64,000 nucleotides of DNA from positions 24,986,001 through 25,050,000 of the forward strand of contig JBHGNT010000001.1 in assembly GCA_043228905.1 (NCBI GenBank). The letters run 5' to 3'. Within the stretch, counting starts at the first letter, position 1; each line of letters starts with the position of its first letter. Origin of the DNA: Azolla caroliniana (taxonomy: Eukaryota > Plantae > Polypodiophyta). The notes below the pieces were generated by a model. The model was not told the origin of the DNA and made no database searches. It saw nothing but the letters and a program-made list of their open reading frames with translations. The translations under genes and the position numbers were made by a program. This document shows, in pieces, positions 12,501-25,815 of the stretch.

Positions 12501-15500
12501 TGAAGCACAAACTCCACTATATCCCTTTCTTCATCTTTCTTGTTCATTGATTCCAAAGTCATTTTCATTCAGGTCTGCCTGTCTAGAACGTTTTTCTGAG
12601 TCTTCCCAAGTTTCCTCCCAAAATTAGGACTCTTCAGAAGATACTAGAGTGTGGGGCACCGTTTGCCTATGAATAAACCAAAAACATGCTTTAAAACCCC
12701 ATCCACATGCACCACCACCATGACAAGTGGTATCCAATGGGTGTGTCCATATTAGATGCAGGGCCCAGGCCCAGGCCATGGCAGGTTAGGATTTCTCCGT
12801 GGGTGATAAATGCCCACCTGGCCTCCACATGTGAAATGAGTTTACCAGTTCTACCGTGGACTCCACTCCATGGTTCTATACTTATCGAATATATGAAATG
12901 TTCTATGTAGATATAGATGTCTTCAGTGGACCACCAACGCGGAACAACTTTATAGGATTTATTATATGCCATACAAGTGTATTTTGTTGTAATGTTGTTG
13001 CTTAAGAGAAAAACCTATTAAAATCCAAATTATGACAAAGTCTTATAGAGTGTATATATCGCATTTTAAAATGTAGAAATTGTCAAGCTAGTATATAACT
13101 TTTTTCAACTTTAACCATATATAGTCCACAAAAGTAATTCTTTTTACTTAGAAGTTCAAAATCCACTTTGGGAACTTAAAACCTCTATTCCATGACATAA
13201 TTTACGCAATTGGTTAGATGTTTAGAACATGAAAAACATAGTAGTGCCATCTTGTAAACAAGAGTATTGCTTTTAATAAAAATATAGGTAGTTTGTTGTA
13301 AACTAGAAGTATATCATGTGTCCAAATCATCATATTAAATGTGAATCCTCATTATGGTGTATTGGAAGCAACTATGTCATGTGCGAGTGTCATATTTCAT
13401 GAGATGAGATACCTTGTTAAATGTTGCGTTTTGAACTACAAGTTTAGCATTTGTAACCATGACTTATAATCATACGTACAATATAGATTTTCGGTCCTTA
13501 GTTGTGAACAGAGGGTTACAATAGTGGATGAAAAAATTCCATTCATAGATTTTCTCTACGAAATAAGAACTCCCATATAATGAATATATCATGCAAGAGT
13601 AATGATAGTAAAGTTGGTCACCTACACTTCATTGTCAATATATTCATCCCATAGGATTGTATTATAGGAAAGCATTTAAAGTGGTCTTCTCCTTCATAAT
13701 TTTCATATTGTCTTCCATCATGTTTCAAATTTGATTTTATAGTTTTTCAAATACAAAGGACTTTTAGGATTTTTTGGTTTTGGTCTCTCAATAGGTCTAC
13801 CATCTCCCTTCTAGAAGGCAACTTAAGAGTCAACATTAATTCAATAGGACAATGGATGTTTGCTCTCTTAATTTTCTTGTTATTTCTTTTATACATTAAT
13901 CCCATATTGTTTAGTTTGTACAATTATTATATTCCCTCTTTTTTCAAGCTCCATTTCAAAATCCAAATGCCTGCCACAAATGTATTCTTGAAATATCTTT
14001 TGCAAATGTTGGTTTAGCCAACAACTGGAAAAAATGATTTTAGATATTGTTGATGCCTCGTGGAACAAAAACCTAATAAGTGAGGTATCCTATAATGTTT
14101 AACCATCTATTTTGTGACTCCTATAATGTCATGATAATTCAGGATGGATTGTTGCATGCATGGATGGAATCACTAGGGTTCTTGAACATCAATAGAAGAT
14201 AGATGTATACGAGTAGAGTTATAACAATTTAATATAAATTTAAGAAATAAGATCGTATTTGATAAGAAACTAACAGATAATAGATGTCTCAAGAAAATTA
14301 GTACATTAGTATTCATGTTATTATAGTAAAATAATTCCATTAAAAATACTGGACTTACTTTTATTCATGGCCAATATTCAATAGAGAATAGAGCGCAATT
14401 CTCAATAGATCCCAATACTGGAGTGCAAAGTTTTTCTTGGATCTCTTTTAGTGCAAGTGCAAATGATATCATGTGGCACTCCTAATTCATAAAGATATGT
14501 GTAAGTGTCCATTCATATTAATACTCACAATGTTATATCATAGTATGCACATATGTGTGTGTACAAGATTGATCTCTCCAATCGATAAACCATGAACTAT
14601 GCATGTTTTAGAGATGGTTTACACTATATGTTAGAGGCAACAAGACAATGGAACAATCGTCATTGACAAACAAGCTTGAAAATCAACAATTTCAATCAAC
14701 AACCATAACTTTCATAACATTATCATTGAAAGAGAGGGAACTTATCTATTAAGCAATTATTCGATCTTACAAAATGGAACAAATGCCAAACTTGAGCAAC
14801 AATAGAAGAAATCGAGCCATTAGGCTTGATAAACCAATTACAATCCATGTGGGAGGATACTCATTGATTAGGCTTTGAAAAAAATGATTTTTGCCCAATG
14901 TTGCTAATATAATAATGGTTCCACACTAGAGATCAAGCACAACTAATAAAAAAGAGTGTAATTAAAGTCAATCAAGGGAAAATGAAGGTTAATTTGAACA
15001 TGATTGACAAAAGCTATCAAGATTTTTTTTTAAAAACACAACTACACCATAGTTTCCATTACCCATCGAATAAGTGTATACAAAGCATATAATGATACAA
15101 TCTAGTGGAGGGTAAGATAACATCGAAAAGGTATATAATGATACAATCAAGACTTAATGACATTGTTGTCGTGATTTTGTGGATTTGAAGCTCGAAATGT
15201 AACTAAATGACAAGTTGTTATTACGTAGAGCATTTAAAAAAGAGATGTTGATGAGTAAGTCATTACTATGTTGAGGAGTCGTCTCGAATCTTGGTCTTGA
15301 GCGAAGCCATCCCCTCCTTACCTATGCAGTTGCTTGATTGTTGTTGCCCTCTCTATTCCCTCTTTTCTGTACACCCTTTTCTTAAATTCACTTTTTCACC
15401 TTCAAAACGAGAGTGTAAACAAGGGGAGGATTACTTTTAATCCTCGGGATTGAGACAACCCATTAGGCCAAGTGTGAACTTGCCTGGGGGCCTTGGGTAT

Positions 15501-16039
15501 TGCTATAAATATGAGGCCTAGCTACCCCCATTTCATCATCTCTTGACTACGTCGAGACTTTGTTCTTGCGATGGGTCAACTCTTGTAGCGAGCGCGCCAA
15601 CACCAGGTACGACTCGATGCCACGACGATGGTATGGGACGCCGATCAAGGCTCGAGTCCGTCTCGATCCCTTCGCTTGGGGGTGGTCGGCTGGATCGACA
15701 CCCTTCTTTCTCTCTCTCCTTTCTTATTTCTTATATCTTTTATCCTTATCATATGCTTACGTTAGATCATAACTCTAACAGTTGGTATCAGAGCTTATGT
15801 TTCAAATGTTTCCTTTGTTTGTTTTGGTCTTCTTGATGGATGGTGATCAATCCACGTGTGGTAGACCTTGATCCAAACAACAATCAACAAAGGAACTTCG
15901 GTAACTCTTTCTTGTTTGTTTTTCTATTCTTTCATCTCCCAATCTAATGATTTATAGTTAATATGTGTTGTTTTTCATTGATTCAATGATGTTGTCTAGT
16001 GGTAATTAATTGGTTTATAAAACGTTTACATATGTGTAT

Positions 16040-16284
16040 GAGGTCAATACATCATTTGACATATATTTAATATCTGATTCGTGTCGTATGCATACGAGGT
16101 TAATACCTCAATTGCGTATTACGTTCACGTACATATGTTATGTATGCCTATGAGGTCAATACCTCGATTTCTTTGTAAATGATATGCGTTTGGTCTCGTA
16201 TGCGTAAGAGGTCAATACCTCAATTGCGTATTACGATTAACCCTTATTATTGGATGTTTCGTGTGCGTAGAGGCTATATGCCTC
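16040..16284 (+). repeat. Periodic array of five GAGGY-loop-RCCTC hairpins in the chromovirus leader
   Basis: Cores start at 16040, 16096, 16152, 16208 (56-nt period) and 16270; spacers are diverged. Confidence 0.85.
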
Positions 16285-16964
16285 GATTTCATCATAGGTT
16301 GACTATTTGATGTTATGATTTTTTAAATATATGCATATGTGGTCACGTGTATACGTATTTGATCGTATATATGTGATAAATATACATATGTGTATATTAG
16401 TTATTACATGATTTCTATATTAAATGTTGTCCTTTTTGGGGAAAGGATCTTGGTGGCCGTCAAATTTTTGCGAGAATGGCGTAGTCACCATCCTTTTTTT
16501 CAACAGTAATTTTGTTGACATCCCTGTTGGTCACTTCGATTTCATTACGTAACGAAACGCTCATAGCCACAATGATGTTGAGAACGTAGGGCATGGCCCA
16601 CTTCATGTGAGGTCACCCCTATGACACACATATCCAACATCCCTCCCTCATTACATGGATACGATGCCACCATGAGATCATTCTTATGAAAGGCATTCGT
16701 AATGATGTAACCATGTGATGGGCCACGTGGGCCTACTACGAAAAGAGGGCTCATTTTGCTTGACCATTAGGTTGCACTCTGGCATATGCCATCGTAATTA
16801 TGAGACTTGAGGTTAGGTAATGTACCAACATAATTTGTGGTAAACGAGGGGGAAATAGGGACTCTTGACATATATGTTTCTTTTAAAAAAACATATATGA
16901 GCAAATGCCTCACATATCTTTTATACGCAAAAAACACCAAACATTTAACACGAGCAACTTATTT

Positions 16965-17015
16965 GGTTAGCTCAAGTGTTTAATGTATTTGTTCTCGAGG
17001 TCTCGAGTTCAAATA
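16965..17015 (+). other. tRNA-derived (SINE-like) remnant with Pol III A and B boxes
   Basis: TAGCTCAAGTG (A box) and GAGTTCAAAT (B box) at tRNA-like spacing; no full cloverleaf. Confidence 0.4.
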
Positions 17016-17461
17016 TTACCAAGATCATACAACATCGTTGATAGATATGACTATAACACATGTTTAGACTTTAGGTCTAAGTGCATTTCGGGGTCCTCGT
17101 AATAGGACTTAAAGAGCCAAAACCATATACGTGGGCATAGAAACATAGTTTATTGTTAACATTTTTTTCGTGTATAAACTATTCATGCCGCAAACATAAA
17201 TGGTTGAGCCTCGGGGAGCCGCCATGAAAAAATCGATATAGAGATCAGGGAAAGACATTCATTTGTCACCCACATGGTTTTTAAAACACCTTTGTGTTAC
17301 CATAGTAACGTGATCTTGAACCTCATCTCATACGTCTAGAGGGGTATTGATATGAGACCATGATATCGATTAATGTTTGCCCATGATATGTTTACATCAC
17401 GACATGATGTTATCACTATTTGACTGACCTTATCCTATTTCTTTGTAGAAATAATCATTCA

Positions 17462-20400
17462 ATGGCTCAAAATAACAACCCGATGTCATTTGCTCAAGCG
17501 GAAGGAACTCAAGGAAATCCTCTTAGACCAATCTTGATTGAGTCGTATTTCTTACAAATACAAAATTTCCTTAGTTCAACCGGTCATTAGATGTCCGAAC
17601 TTCGGCAATCTCAAAGTGCTCTCGAGGTAGGTGTCATTAGTTTACAATGTGAGACTAATAGACCCGACGAGCGTCAAGGTGAACCATCATTTGTCGTAAA
17701 GCCATTTACGGTTGAGAAGCAATTTGCATGTGGCTGGGTCGATGGGAGTCTCATTTTGAGCTCTATCCCACGCTAGATAGTACGAAGATGGCATATGTCG
17801 GCCGAGAACTAGGGGTGGTGGGCTCCGAACTTTGGGGAAATTGCTCGATACTTGGACAGATTTTGTCACAGTTTTCAAGGGCCAATTTCTACAACCTCCC
17901 TCTCGAACCGAGGCCGCACAAGCTTTAATGAACCTCTCTAGCGGGACGTTTTCCTCGCTAGAAGACTATGTTCACCATGCTAGAACCCAAATCCAAAAAT
18001 TGGGTCTAGTAGGGGACAATTGGTTAATAGCTTGTTTTGTCAATGGCATCCCCAATTTGGACTATCACTAGATAGTGCACGATAATGATCCAAAATCCTT
18101 CGAAGAGGCCGTTGAAATAGTTCTTTGCTATCTACACACTTTGAAGGACCATAACAAACCCAACGAGGTGCCCGGGACTAAGCAATCGCAATTCACTGGG
18201 AAACCCAAGACACCCAACAAATTCATGGATTGCGATTGTAAGCAACAACATCCTTTTTGCGTATTCTGCAAAAAGAAGGGTCATACAAAAGAACAATGTC
18301 GAAAGCTCCAATGGAAAGAGCACCACAATAAAGCAAGAGCTGTAGACCATAAAAGTCAGATTCCTAATGTCCTTCATGTCTATACACATCATTTAAGTAA
18401 TTGTCAATGTTCTTTCCCTCACTATGTATTGGGACCCAATGATTTACTACGTGCAAATGAGTATATCAATGGATCTTCCTTACAATTTTTATTTAATTCG
18501 GGAAACGCACACAATTTTGTGAATGATCGTTTGGTTAAGATATGGGGAATCCAACCCACTGTAAATGATCACACCTATAGGGTGCGCTTGGCTGATGGAA
18601 GAGGTCAATACATCAACGAGGCGATTCATTCATTAGGAATTTCTATTGATACTTATATAAAGGAAGTAGACTTCCATGTAATGAATCTTTGTACCACTGA
18701 TGTAATACTGGGTTATCCTTGGTTTTTTAATAAAAACTCTTCTTTATCTATTGATTAAGTTCATCATTCAATTACTTTTGTACTGGTATTAATTTTATTC
18801 AATGTGTTAAAAACCATCTCTTTCAATTGTTTCCTCGCCATCAATATTTGAGCTGTCTTGTTCTACTTTATTTTATTGTATACTTCATCCGGACATTCAC
18901 GTTTACAATATCGATAATGTTTCGATTCAATTATCATATTTTGATCAACTACAACTCGATGAAATCTTAAATGATTTTCGTGATGTTTTTCCGAGTGAAC
19001 TACTACATGGGTTACCTCCTAAATGTAATATAGACCATCGTATAGATATTGTACCTGGCGTTGCACCAATAAGTATACCTCCTTATCGCTTAAGTCGATC
19101 TGAAGAGGATGAGGTATCTAAGCAACTCAAGGACTATTTACGAATGGTTTATATACGTTATAGTAAATCTCCATGGGGTGCACCTATTCTCTTGGTAAAA
19201 TAGAAAGAGGGCATATGGCGTATGTGTATTAATTACCGACACCTGAATAAAGTGATGATAAAGAGTTCATATCCATTGCCTCGGGCTGACGATCTAATTG
19301 ACCGTCTCCAGGAAGCTCGGTATTTTATGAAACTTGATCTTCGTATGGGCTACCATCAAATTCATATAAGTGAGGACGATGTTCCTAAAACGACATTTCG
19401 TACACGCTATGGCCATTTAAATGAGTTTTTGGTTATGCCTTTTGGTTTGACGAATGCTCCAACCTCATTTCAACAAGAAATGAATGACATTTTCTGAGAA
19501 CAATTTGGAAAATTTGTCGTTATTTTCTTGGATGGTATTTTAGTTTATAGTCATACATTAGAAGAACATGCTAAACATGTCTGCTTTGTTTTACAAACAT
19601 TGCGCGACAAGCAATTCTACGCAACGATCTCAAAATGCGAGTTCTCCAAGAAATCAATTACTTATCTTGGACATCTCATAACTGAACGAGTTGAAATTGA
19701 TCCTTCTCACATTGAGAAAATCAAACCTTGGCCCACTCTTCGGAATATTCGAGAAGTTCAATCATTCCTTCGTTTTCTCGGGTTTTTGCAAAAATCCCTT
19801 CTTAATTACTCCCAATTGACGACGACGTTTACTGATTTTCTAAAAGGTCAAACGCGTAAGTCTACAAAACCTATTGTGTGGAATGCTACACTAGACCTCA
19901 CCTTTAAGGAACTCAAGGACTTTGTGTGCAAGGCTCCTTCACTTCTTTTACCCGATCCTTCAAAACCTTTTGAGGTTGAAACTGATGCAAGCGATTATGT
20001 TATAGGTGTTGTCTTATATCAAGATGGTAAACCAATAACATTCGAGAGTAAGAAACTTGATTTTTCTCAATGTTGGTATACCGTTCAAGAAAAGCAATTA
20101 TTTGTTGTTATACATGCGCTCAAAACATGACACCATTATCTTTATGGAAATCGTTTGGTGGTAGCTACGGACCACGAGTCTTTGAAATATTTTTGTGACC
20201 AACAAAACCTAAAAGGCCGTAAGGCACGATGGGCAGATCTCATCTAGGACTTTGATTTCTCCACACGATATCGTAAAAGTTCCATGAACACTATCATTGA
20301 TGCACTAAGTCGCATCCGTGAAGTTAACATGCTTAGCTTCACTGAAATGACATCAGATCTTTATGATCACCTTCGAGGAAAATATCCTGATGACAGTTAT

Positions 20401-21842
20401 TTTGCAAAACACTGGGCAAGAGTTGAGTTTGGAACAGACACCACCACATCCTCGAAGGAATACTTCCACATTGCTAATGGTTTGCTCTATCGTAATGGTA
20501 AGGTTTGTGTGCCAGATTTGCCTGAGGTCAAAAAGAGAATTCTTTTTGAATGCCATGATGCACCCTCACCAGGGCACCCTGGAATACATCGTAGAATCAT
20601 TCTCATCTCCACTGAATTCTATTGGCCTAAGATGCGCCCCTACAGACATGGCTATGTGACTAAATGTCACCAATGTCAGGTTAACAAAGCTGAGCGACTT
20701 AAAGCCGTAGGACTTTTACATCCCTTGGAAATTCCCAATAATAATTAGGAAAGTATATCCATGGATTTTATTGTTAGCCTTTCTCGCACCCAAAAAGGTC
20801 ATGATGCCATCTGGGTTGTGGTTGACAGACTAACTAAAATGGCTAGATTTATTGCTACTAAAACCACGGTAACAGCTCCTGAATTGGCTTACCAATTCGT
20901 TGACGAGTTATTTTGTTTTTATGGGTTACCGATGGATATTGTGAGCGATCGAGAACCAAAGTTTACTAATGACTTTTGGACGCAAGTCTTTAAGAATTTA
21001 GAAACTACATTGAGCATGAGCTCCACGGATCATCCTCAATTCGATGGACAGACGGAAAGAGTAAATCAAATTATTGAGGACATGCTTCGAGCATACGTTG
21101 GTGCAAAACCATCAAAATGGGAACATTATCTCCCAATTTTGGAGTTTTCTTATAACAGCTCGAAGCATACGTCGACGGGATATAGTCCTTTTATGTTGAT
21201 GTATGGTTTTCAGCCACGAGCCCCGATTGATGTTAATATACATCACGATGAGTAGCGAAGTATGCAAAACTTTCTTCGGATATGCAAGATATGTTGCATA
21301 TTGCACGAGATAATATAAAAACTATTCGAGATAGAGTGCGCTTTTACGTGGATCATAATAGGAAACCTCGTGTATTCAACCCTAGAGAGAAGGTATTTTT
21401 ACATGTACCTCCCAATTCTAAGACATTGTCTACGGGTAAGTGTGCTAAGCTCGCACCACGATTTTGTGGACCTTTTACAGTCCTCAAATGCATTGGTTCA
21501 TCAGCCTGTTGTCTCGCGCTTTCTGATGGTGCTGAAATTCATCCAGTTTTTCATGTAAGTCATCTAAAAGAACTTATAGGTTCTGGCGACAATATAGTTA
21601 CAACTAAAACTTTGGTTACTTCTGAAGATTTATGTTCTAAACCACATGTACCAAAAAGAATTCTCGATGTTAAAACAAAAAATCTACATACTAAAATAAT
21701 CCGAGAATTTAAAATTAAATGGATGGATAAATCTATCAAAAATACCACATGGGAACGTGAAAATACTTTTATAACTAACTTCCCTAACTTTCCATTGCAA
21801 GAGTGCAATGTTTTAAAGAGGGGGAGTATGTTACGGGCATGA
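17462..21842 (+). pseudogene. Chromovirus gag-pol with stops and frameshifts
   Basis: ATG at 17462; CVFCKKKGHTKEQC knuckle; FNSG protease (D>N); [11 protein letters not shown]...FLDGIL; RNase H ETDASD; integrase HHCC and MDFI, GPF motif; chromodomain PKRILD...FKIKW...TTWE. Confidence 0.92.
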
Positions 21843-22789
21843 CCATATAATATCCCGAATTTACCGTAGTATTCTATACATGTGGATAAGTGTGAGGGTT
21901 AAACGAGAGTGTAAAGAAGGGGATGATTACTTTTAATCCTTAGGATTGAGACAACCCATTAGGCCAAGTGTGAACTTGCCTGGGGGCCTTGGGTATCTCT
22001 TGACTACATCGAGACTCTGTTCTTGTGGTGGGTCAACTCTTGTAGTGAGCGCTCCAGCACTAGGTATGACTCGACGCCACGATGGTGGTATGGGACGCCG
22101 ATCGAGGATCAAGTCCGTCTCGACCCCTTTGCTCAGGGGTGGTCGGGTGGATCGACACCCTTCTCTCTCTCTCTCTCTCTCTTTTCTTATTTCTTATATC
22201 TTTTATCCTTATCATATGCTTACGTTAGATCATAACTCTAACATCGGGCCACTTCATCCTCCCTTCGAACTACTAGTGTACGAGTTTGTTGAAACCCTTC
22301 TTTGAATCAACCAATGCATAATGGCAATCACTAGAGAATCGGTCTTAATGTACACTTGAGAACAAGAAGAACAAGAACAAAGAACCCTAAATGCTCATGA
22401 AGAAGAAAAAAGAAACCCTAAGACCTCAAGCACGTCGAGGAGAAGAAGAAGTAAGACGCAAAACCCTAATGGTACACCCCAAACCACAAAATAGGTGACC
22501 TGAAATAAGCCCTCTTCTCTTCCTTTTATAGAAAAAGAGGCGCTTAGTTTTGGCATTTAATGCAAATATTCCCCTTTTCCTTCAAATAAGAAAAAGGGAA
22601 AAAATGCCCTTAATTCACACCGCGCTATAGAGATCCAAACTCTACACCTATAGTACAAGGTTTATGGGCCCTCTAACTTCTAAGTACATACATATTTTTG
22701 AATGTGAGTCTTATTTACCTTTAGACACGCCACATCACGATAACAGTAGGAGCAATCTTGCAATAAGAGGGCAAACCCATCGCATGTGA

Positions 22790-23025
22790 GAGGAAGAAAA
22801 CTTACACCTACTCAATATTGGTACTTAATTCATGATGAAGAGCTATCTACAATTATATGTGAATTTAAGTCATAGAGACATTACCTATATGGAAATCGTT
22901 TTGTTGTGTGTAATGACGCATCCTCAACAAGGGATCCTAGAACACATCATACAATTGCGTTGATCTCTAATCAATTTTTTTTGCCTAAAATTTGTCATTA
23001 TGTAGAAGATTATGTCATTAAATGT
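22790..23025 (+). pseudogene. Short gypsy pol remnant (RNase H and integrase zinc-finger pieces)
   Basis: Translates to ..RHYLYGNRF.. and a decayed H..P..GH.G..T-like segment resembling 20090-20670. Confidence 0.5.
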
Positions 23026-23524
23026 TGTTACCCGTATAGGTGTACGGGAGGGTTAGGTGTAATGTGAAAGGTGTGTAAGGTGTAATATAAAATGTTAATG
23101 TGTGAGTGTGAGGTGGAGTAAGTAGGTGTAACTACCCCCATTCGGCTTTTTTGTATCAATCTTGTACTATATAAATCCCCACCCATGGGGCATAGTAAAA
23201 AAGAGAAATAATATTGAAATTACTCTCAACTTGTGTCTATCTCGATTCCCTCTCTCTCCCTCTCTCTCTCTTTGCATCTGTCCCTCTCTCCTCCCACATT
23301 TGACTCCCCTTGGGAGGGGGTTGGAGCTGATCTTGGCTCCACCCCCCACCCATCAACAAATGTCACCAATGCCAAGTTAACAAGGCTCAATGGCTCAAGG
23401 TTGCAGGTCTTTTACATCATTAGGATATTCCTAATAATAAATATTGGAAAAGTATATCAATGAATTTTGGTCTAGTCGTATGAGACTACCTCCCGTAGTG
23501 TTCAAGGCTGCTCTAGAGAAGCAT

Positions 23525-23600
23525 TGTCGTGAAAATCCGTCACTAAGTGCAGATCATGAGGCGGAACTGCTAGGGTTTTGGATTGGAAGGATTTAGGGCT
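23525..23600 (-). mobile_element. LTR terminal fragment of the 47759-48901 family
   Basis: Reverse complement of about 48830-48901 (TGTCGTGAAAATCCGTCACTA...GAGGCGGAAC). Confidence 0.7.
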
Positions 23601-23821
23601 CACACACCCAACATGGACGTAGGGGAGGAAGGCTTACACACACAAGGCATGGAAGTTCAAATGCCTTTGTGAAAAGGAGAGACACATCGGCAAGCTCGAA
23701 TCAACCCCTAGTCATAGGACAAACAAATGCACAAGAGGAACTTACACACACAATACACAAATATTCAAACGTGTTTGTGAAAAGGAGAGGTTCATGGGCA
23801 AGCCTAAATCAACCCCTAGTC

Positions 23822-24653
23822 CAAGGTTGTTAGGTACGTTAGATACGGTACAGATACCATACGTATACAACGTATTAATATGCGTATAGTACCTCCCAAT
23901 TTAAAAATACGTTAAATACATTTTTTAATATGTTAAATACTTATAAAATACGTATTTTACGTATAGTACGTATAGTACATTAAATACTTCTAGAATTTGA
24001 AAACTATTTACCTTTCTAAAAAATATTTGTAATATTGTGAAAAACATCTATGTTTACACAATTTTGTGATGTACATTATAATTTTACATCCTAAAATGCA
24101 TATAAGACATTTGAACATTTCACATCCTAAAGTACTTATAATATGGATGTAGACATTCACTTATTCTATAAATCGGTCTAAGTGTGTATCACGATGTTCT
24201 ACTTCGAATTGTAATTATTTATGATTATGCCTTCATAGATTGAGGAATCGTCTATGATTATCACACTCAGGATAGGTTTCTCTCTTCTTCTTCTTCTTCT
24301 TCTTCTTCTTCTATCTTCTGTGATTATCACACTCAGAGTCAGGATTGGTTTCTGCTTTCTTTTCTCTCTTCTTCTTCTTCTTCTTCTTCTTCGTTGTCAT
24401 CTCTTTTGTTCTTTTGTTCTTCATTCTTCCTTCTTTTTCACTAAAAAGAAAATTCTTTTGCTTTTTTTTGGCGTTTTACTTACATTTTTTTATAAATATG
24501 TATTATACCTATTTTTTCAAATGTACATTAAAGACCGTATTTGACAAATGTACATGATATTTGACTGAACACATTGAGGTATAGTACATACTATACAAAT
24601 TATGAGTTACTATACGTATTTAAAAGTTAAATACGGGTACGTAAACAACCATG
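23822..24653. mobile_element. hAT-type MITE with internal (TTC)n tracts
   Basis: TIRs CAAGGTTGTTAGGTAC / GTACGTAAACAACCATG; imperfect 8-bp TSD CCCTAGTC / CCTTACTC; interrupts a ~110-bp tandem repeat whose uninterrupted unit is seen near 23700. Confidence 0.65.
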
Positions 24654-25094
24654 CCTTACTCACAAGACGAACGAACGCATGAGAGAATGGACAAGAACAT
24701 ACATGCACGAATGTCCGAATGCATTTATGAGGAGGAGAGGTGCATGGTTTCATGAAACCTTCCAAGTCACAAGACAATCAAATGCACAAGGAAAAGACAA
24801 GGTACACACACATGAATGTACGAATGCCTTTATGAGGAGGAGAGGTGCATGGTTACCCAAAATAAGACCATCAAACGTTCCCCATCACAAGGCGATCAAA
24901 CGTTCTTCTTATTTATTGATTTAATTTTGTGTATTATTTATTATTTATTAATTTATCTTTTTTTCTTTTTTGGTTATTTTTATCTTTATTTTCTCGAAAG
25001 TTCTTCTTCATTTCTTCTCCCTCACACCTTCCTCCCTTTTGAACCCTCCACTCCTTTCTTCTTTCTTCCCTTAGCCCCTATGCCCCCCTTCACC

Positions 25095-25815
25095 AGTCAT
25101 CGAACTGTCACACATAGTTCGATGAGTGACCACTCATCTAACAGTCACATCAAGTTTGACAAGTGATCCCTCATCGAACACTCACACAACTTCTTCCTGT
25201 TCTTCTTCAAATGGGTCATCATGGTTGTGTTGTTGTTGTTTCCTCTAGCAGCCAAAACCCTAGCAAGAGCAGAGAGGAAGATTGCAAAAATTGTAATGAA
25301 AGGTATATATGGAAGAATGAAAAACCTAATTCGCGTTTCACACTTGGGTGCCCCCAAAACCTCCCCGGGATCCAAAGATATAACGAGTGAAGCATGGGAA
25401 ATTGTTGGTTATGAAGTCACTCAATTTTGTGTGTTATTGAAACATATAGTATGTGTTTCAGGTGTTGGTTTGTAGTAGCGAGATTGTGGGGATCGAGTAT
25501 CTTATCGGTCATGGGTTTATAAATATTTGGGGTTAACATTAACAATTTGTTCCTGAAATCGGAACTCCAATGGAACACTCACACAAAGTTCAATGAGTTT
25601 GCACTCATCGAACACTCACACAAAGTTTGACGTGTTTGCACTCGTCGAACAAATCTCCACTCGTCAAACAATCCAGACACGGTTCGATGATTTTCACTCG
25701 TCGGACAATCTCCTCAAAGTTTGACGAGTTTCACTTGTCGATCAAACACCTACAGAGTTCAACGAATGCCAATTGTTGAACACTCTCCACATAGGTCGAC
25801 GAGTTCCACTCGTTG
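25095..25815 (+). repeat. Dispersed/tandem ~35-bp minisatellite (cactc(a/g)tcgaac...aagtt(t/c)gacg)
   Basis: Repeated units at about 25095-25190 and 25570-25815, upstream of a PPT and LTR; resembles a gypsy 3' non-coding repeat. Confidence 0.6.

Larger units (their letters stand above)
15405..22243 (+). mobile_element. Ty3/gypsy chromovirus, nearly full length but inactive
   Basis: 5' LTR 15405-15780 (5'-truncated), PBS TGGTATCAGAGC 15783-15794 (tRNA-iMet), PPT about 21815-21826, 3' LTR 21829-22243 (TG...CA); domain order gag-PR-RT-RH-INT-chromodomain. Confidence 0.95.

Noticed and set aside
12412-12510. N-terminal extension of the P450 shown in the ORF track
   Set aside because: It starts at a non-ATG codon upstream of the putative TATA; the ATG at 12411 gives a normal anchor length.
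13000-15100. Possible gene or very old TE remnants upstream of the P450
   Set aside because: AT-rich with no ORF of 60 aa or more; only faint copia-gag-like wording near 14620-14900, which is not supportable.
15543-15836. Duplicated small ORFs at 15543 and 21946
   Set aside because: They are the two LTR copies, not genes.
16040-16284. CRISPR array or hammerhead ribozyme
   Set aside because: The repeat core is only 14 nt, spacers are related to each other, there are no cas genes and the context is a eukaryotic retroelement; no CTGATGA...GAAA core was found.
15167-22742. Outer LTR (TGTCGTGAT...ATCACGATA) hosting the chromovirus
   Set aside because: The termini are suggestive but the flanks (ATTGT vs ACAGT) do not give a convincing TSD.
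24254-24557. Hydrophobic membrane-protein-like ORFs
   Set aside because: Translations of (TTC)n and T-rich tracts inside a MITE.
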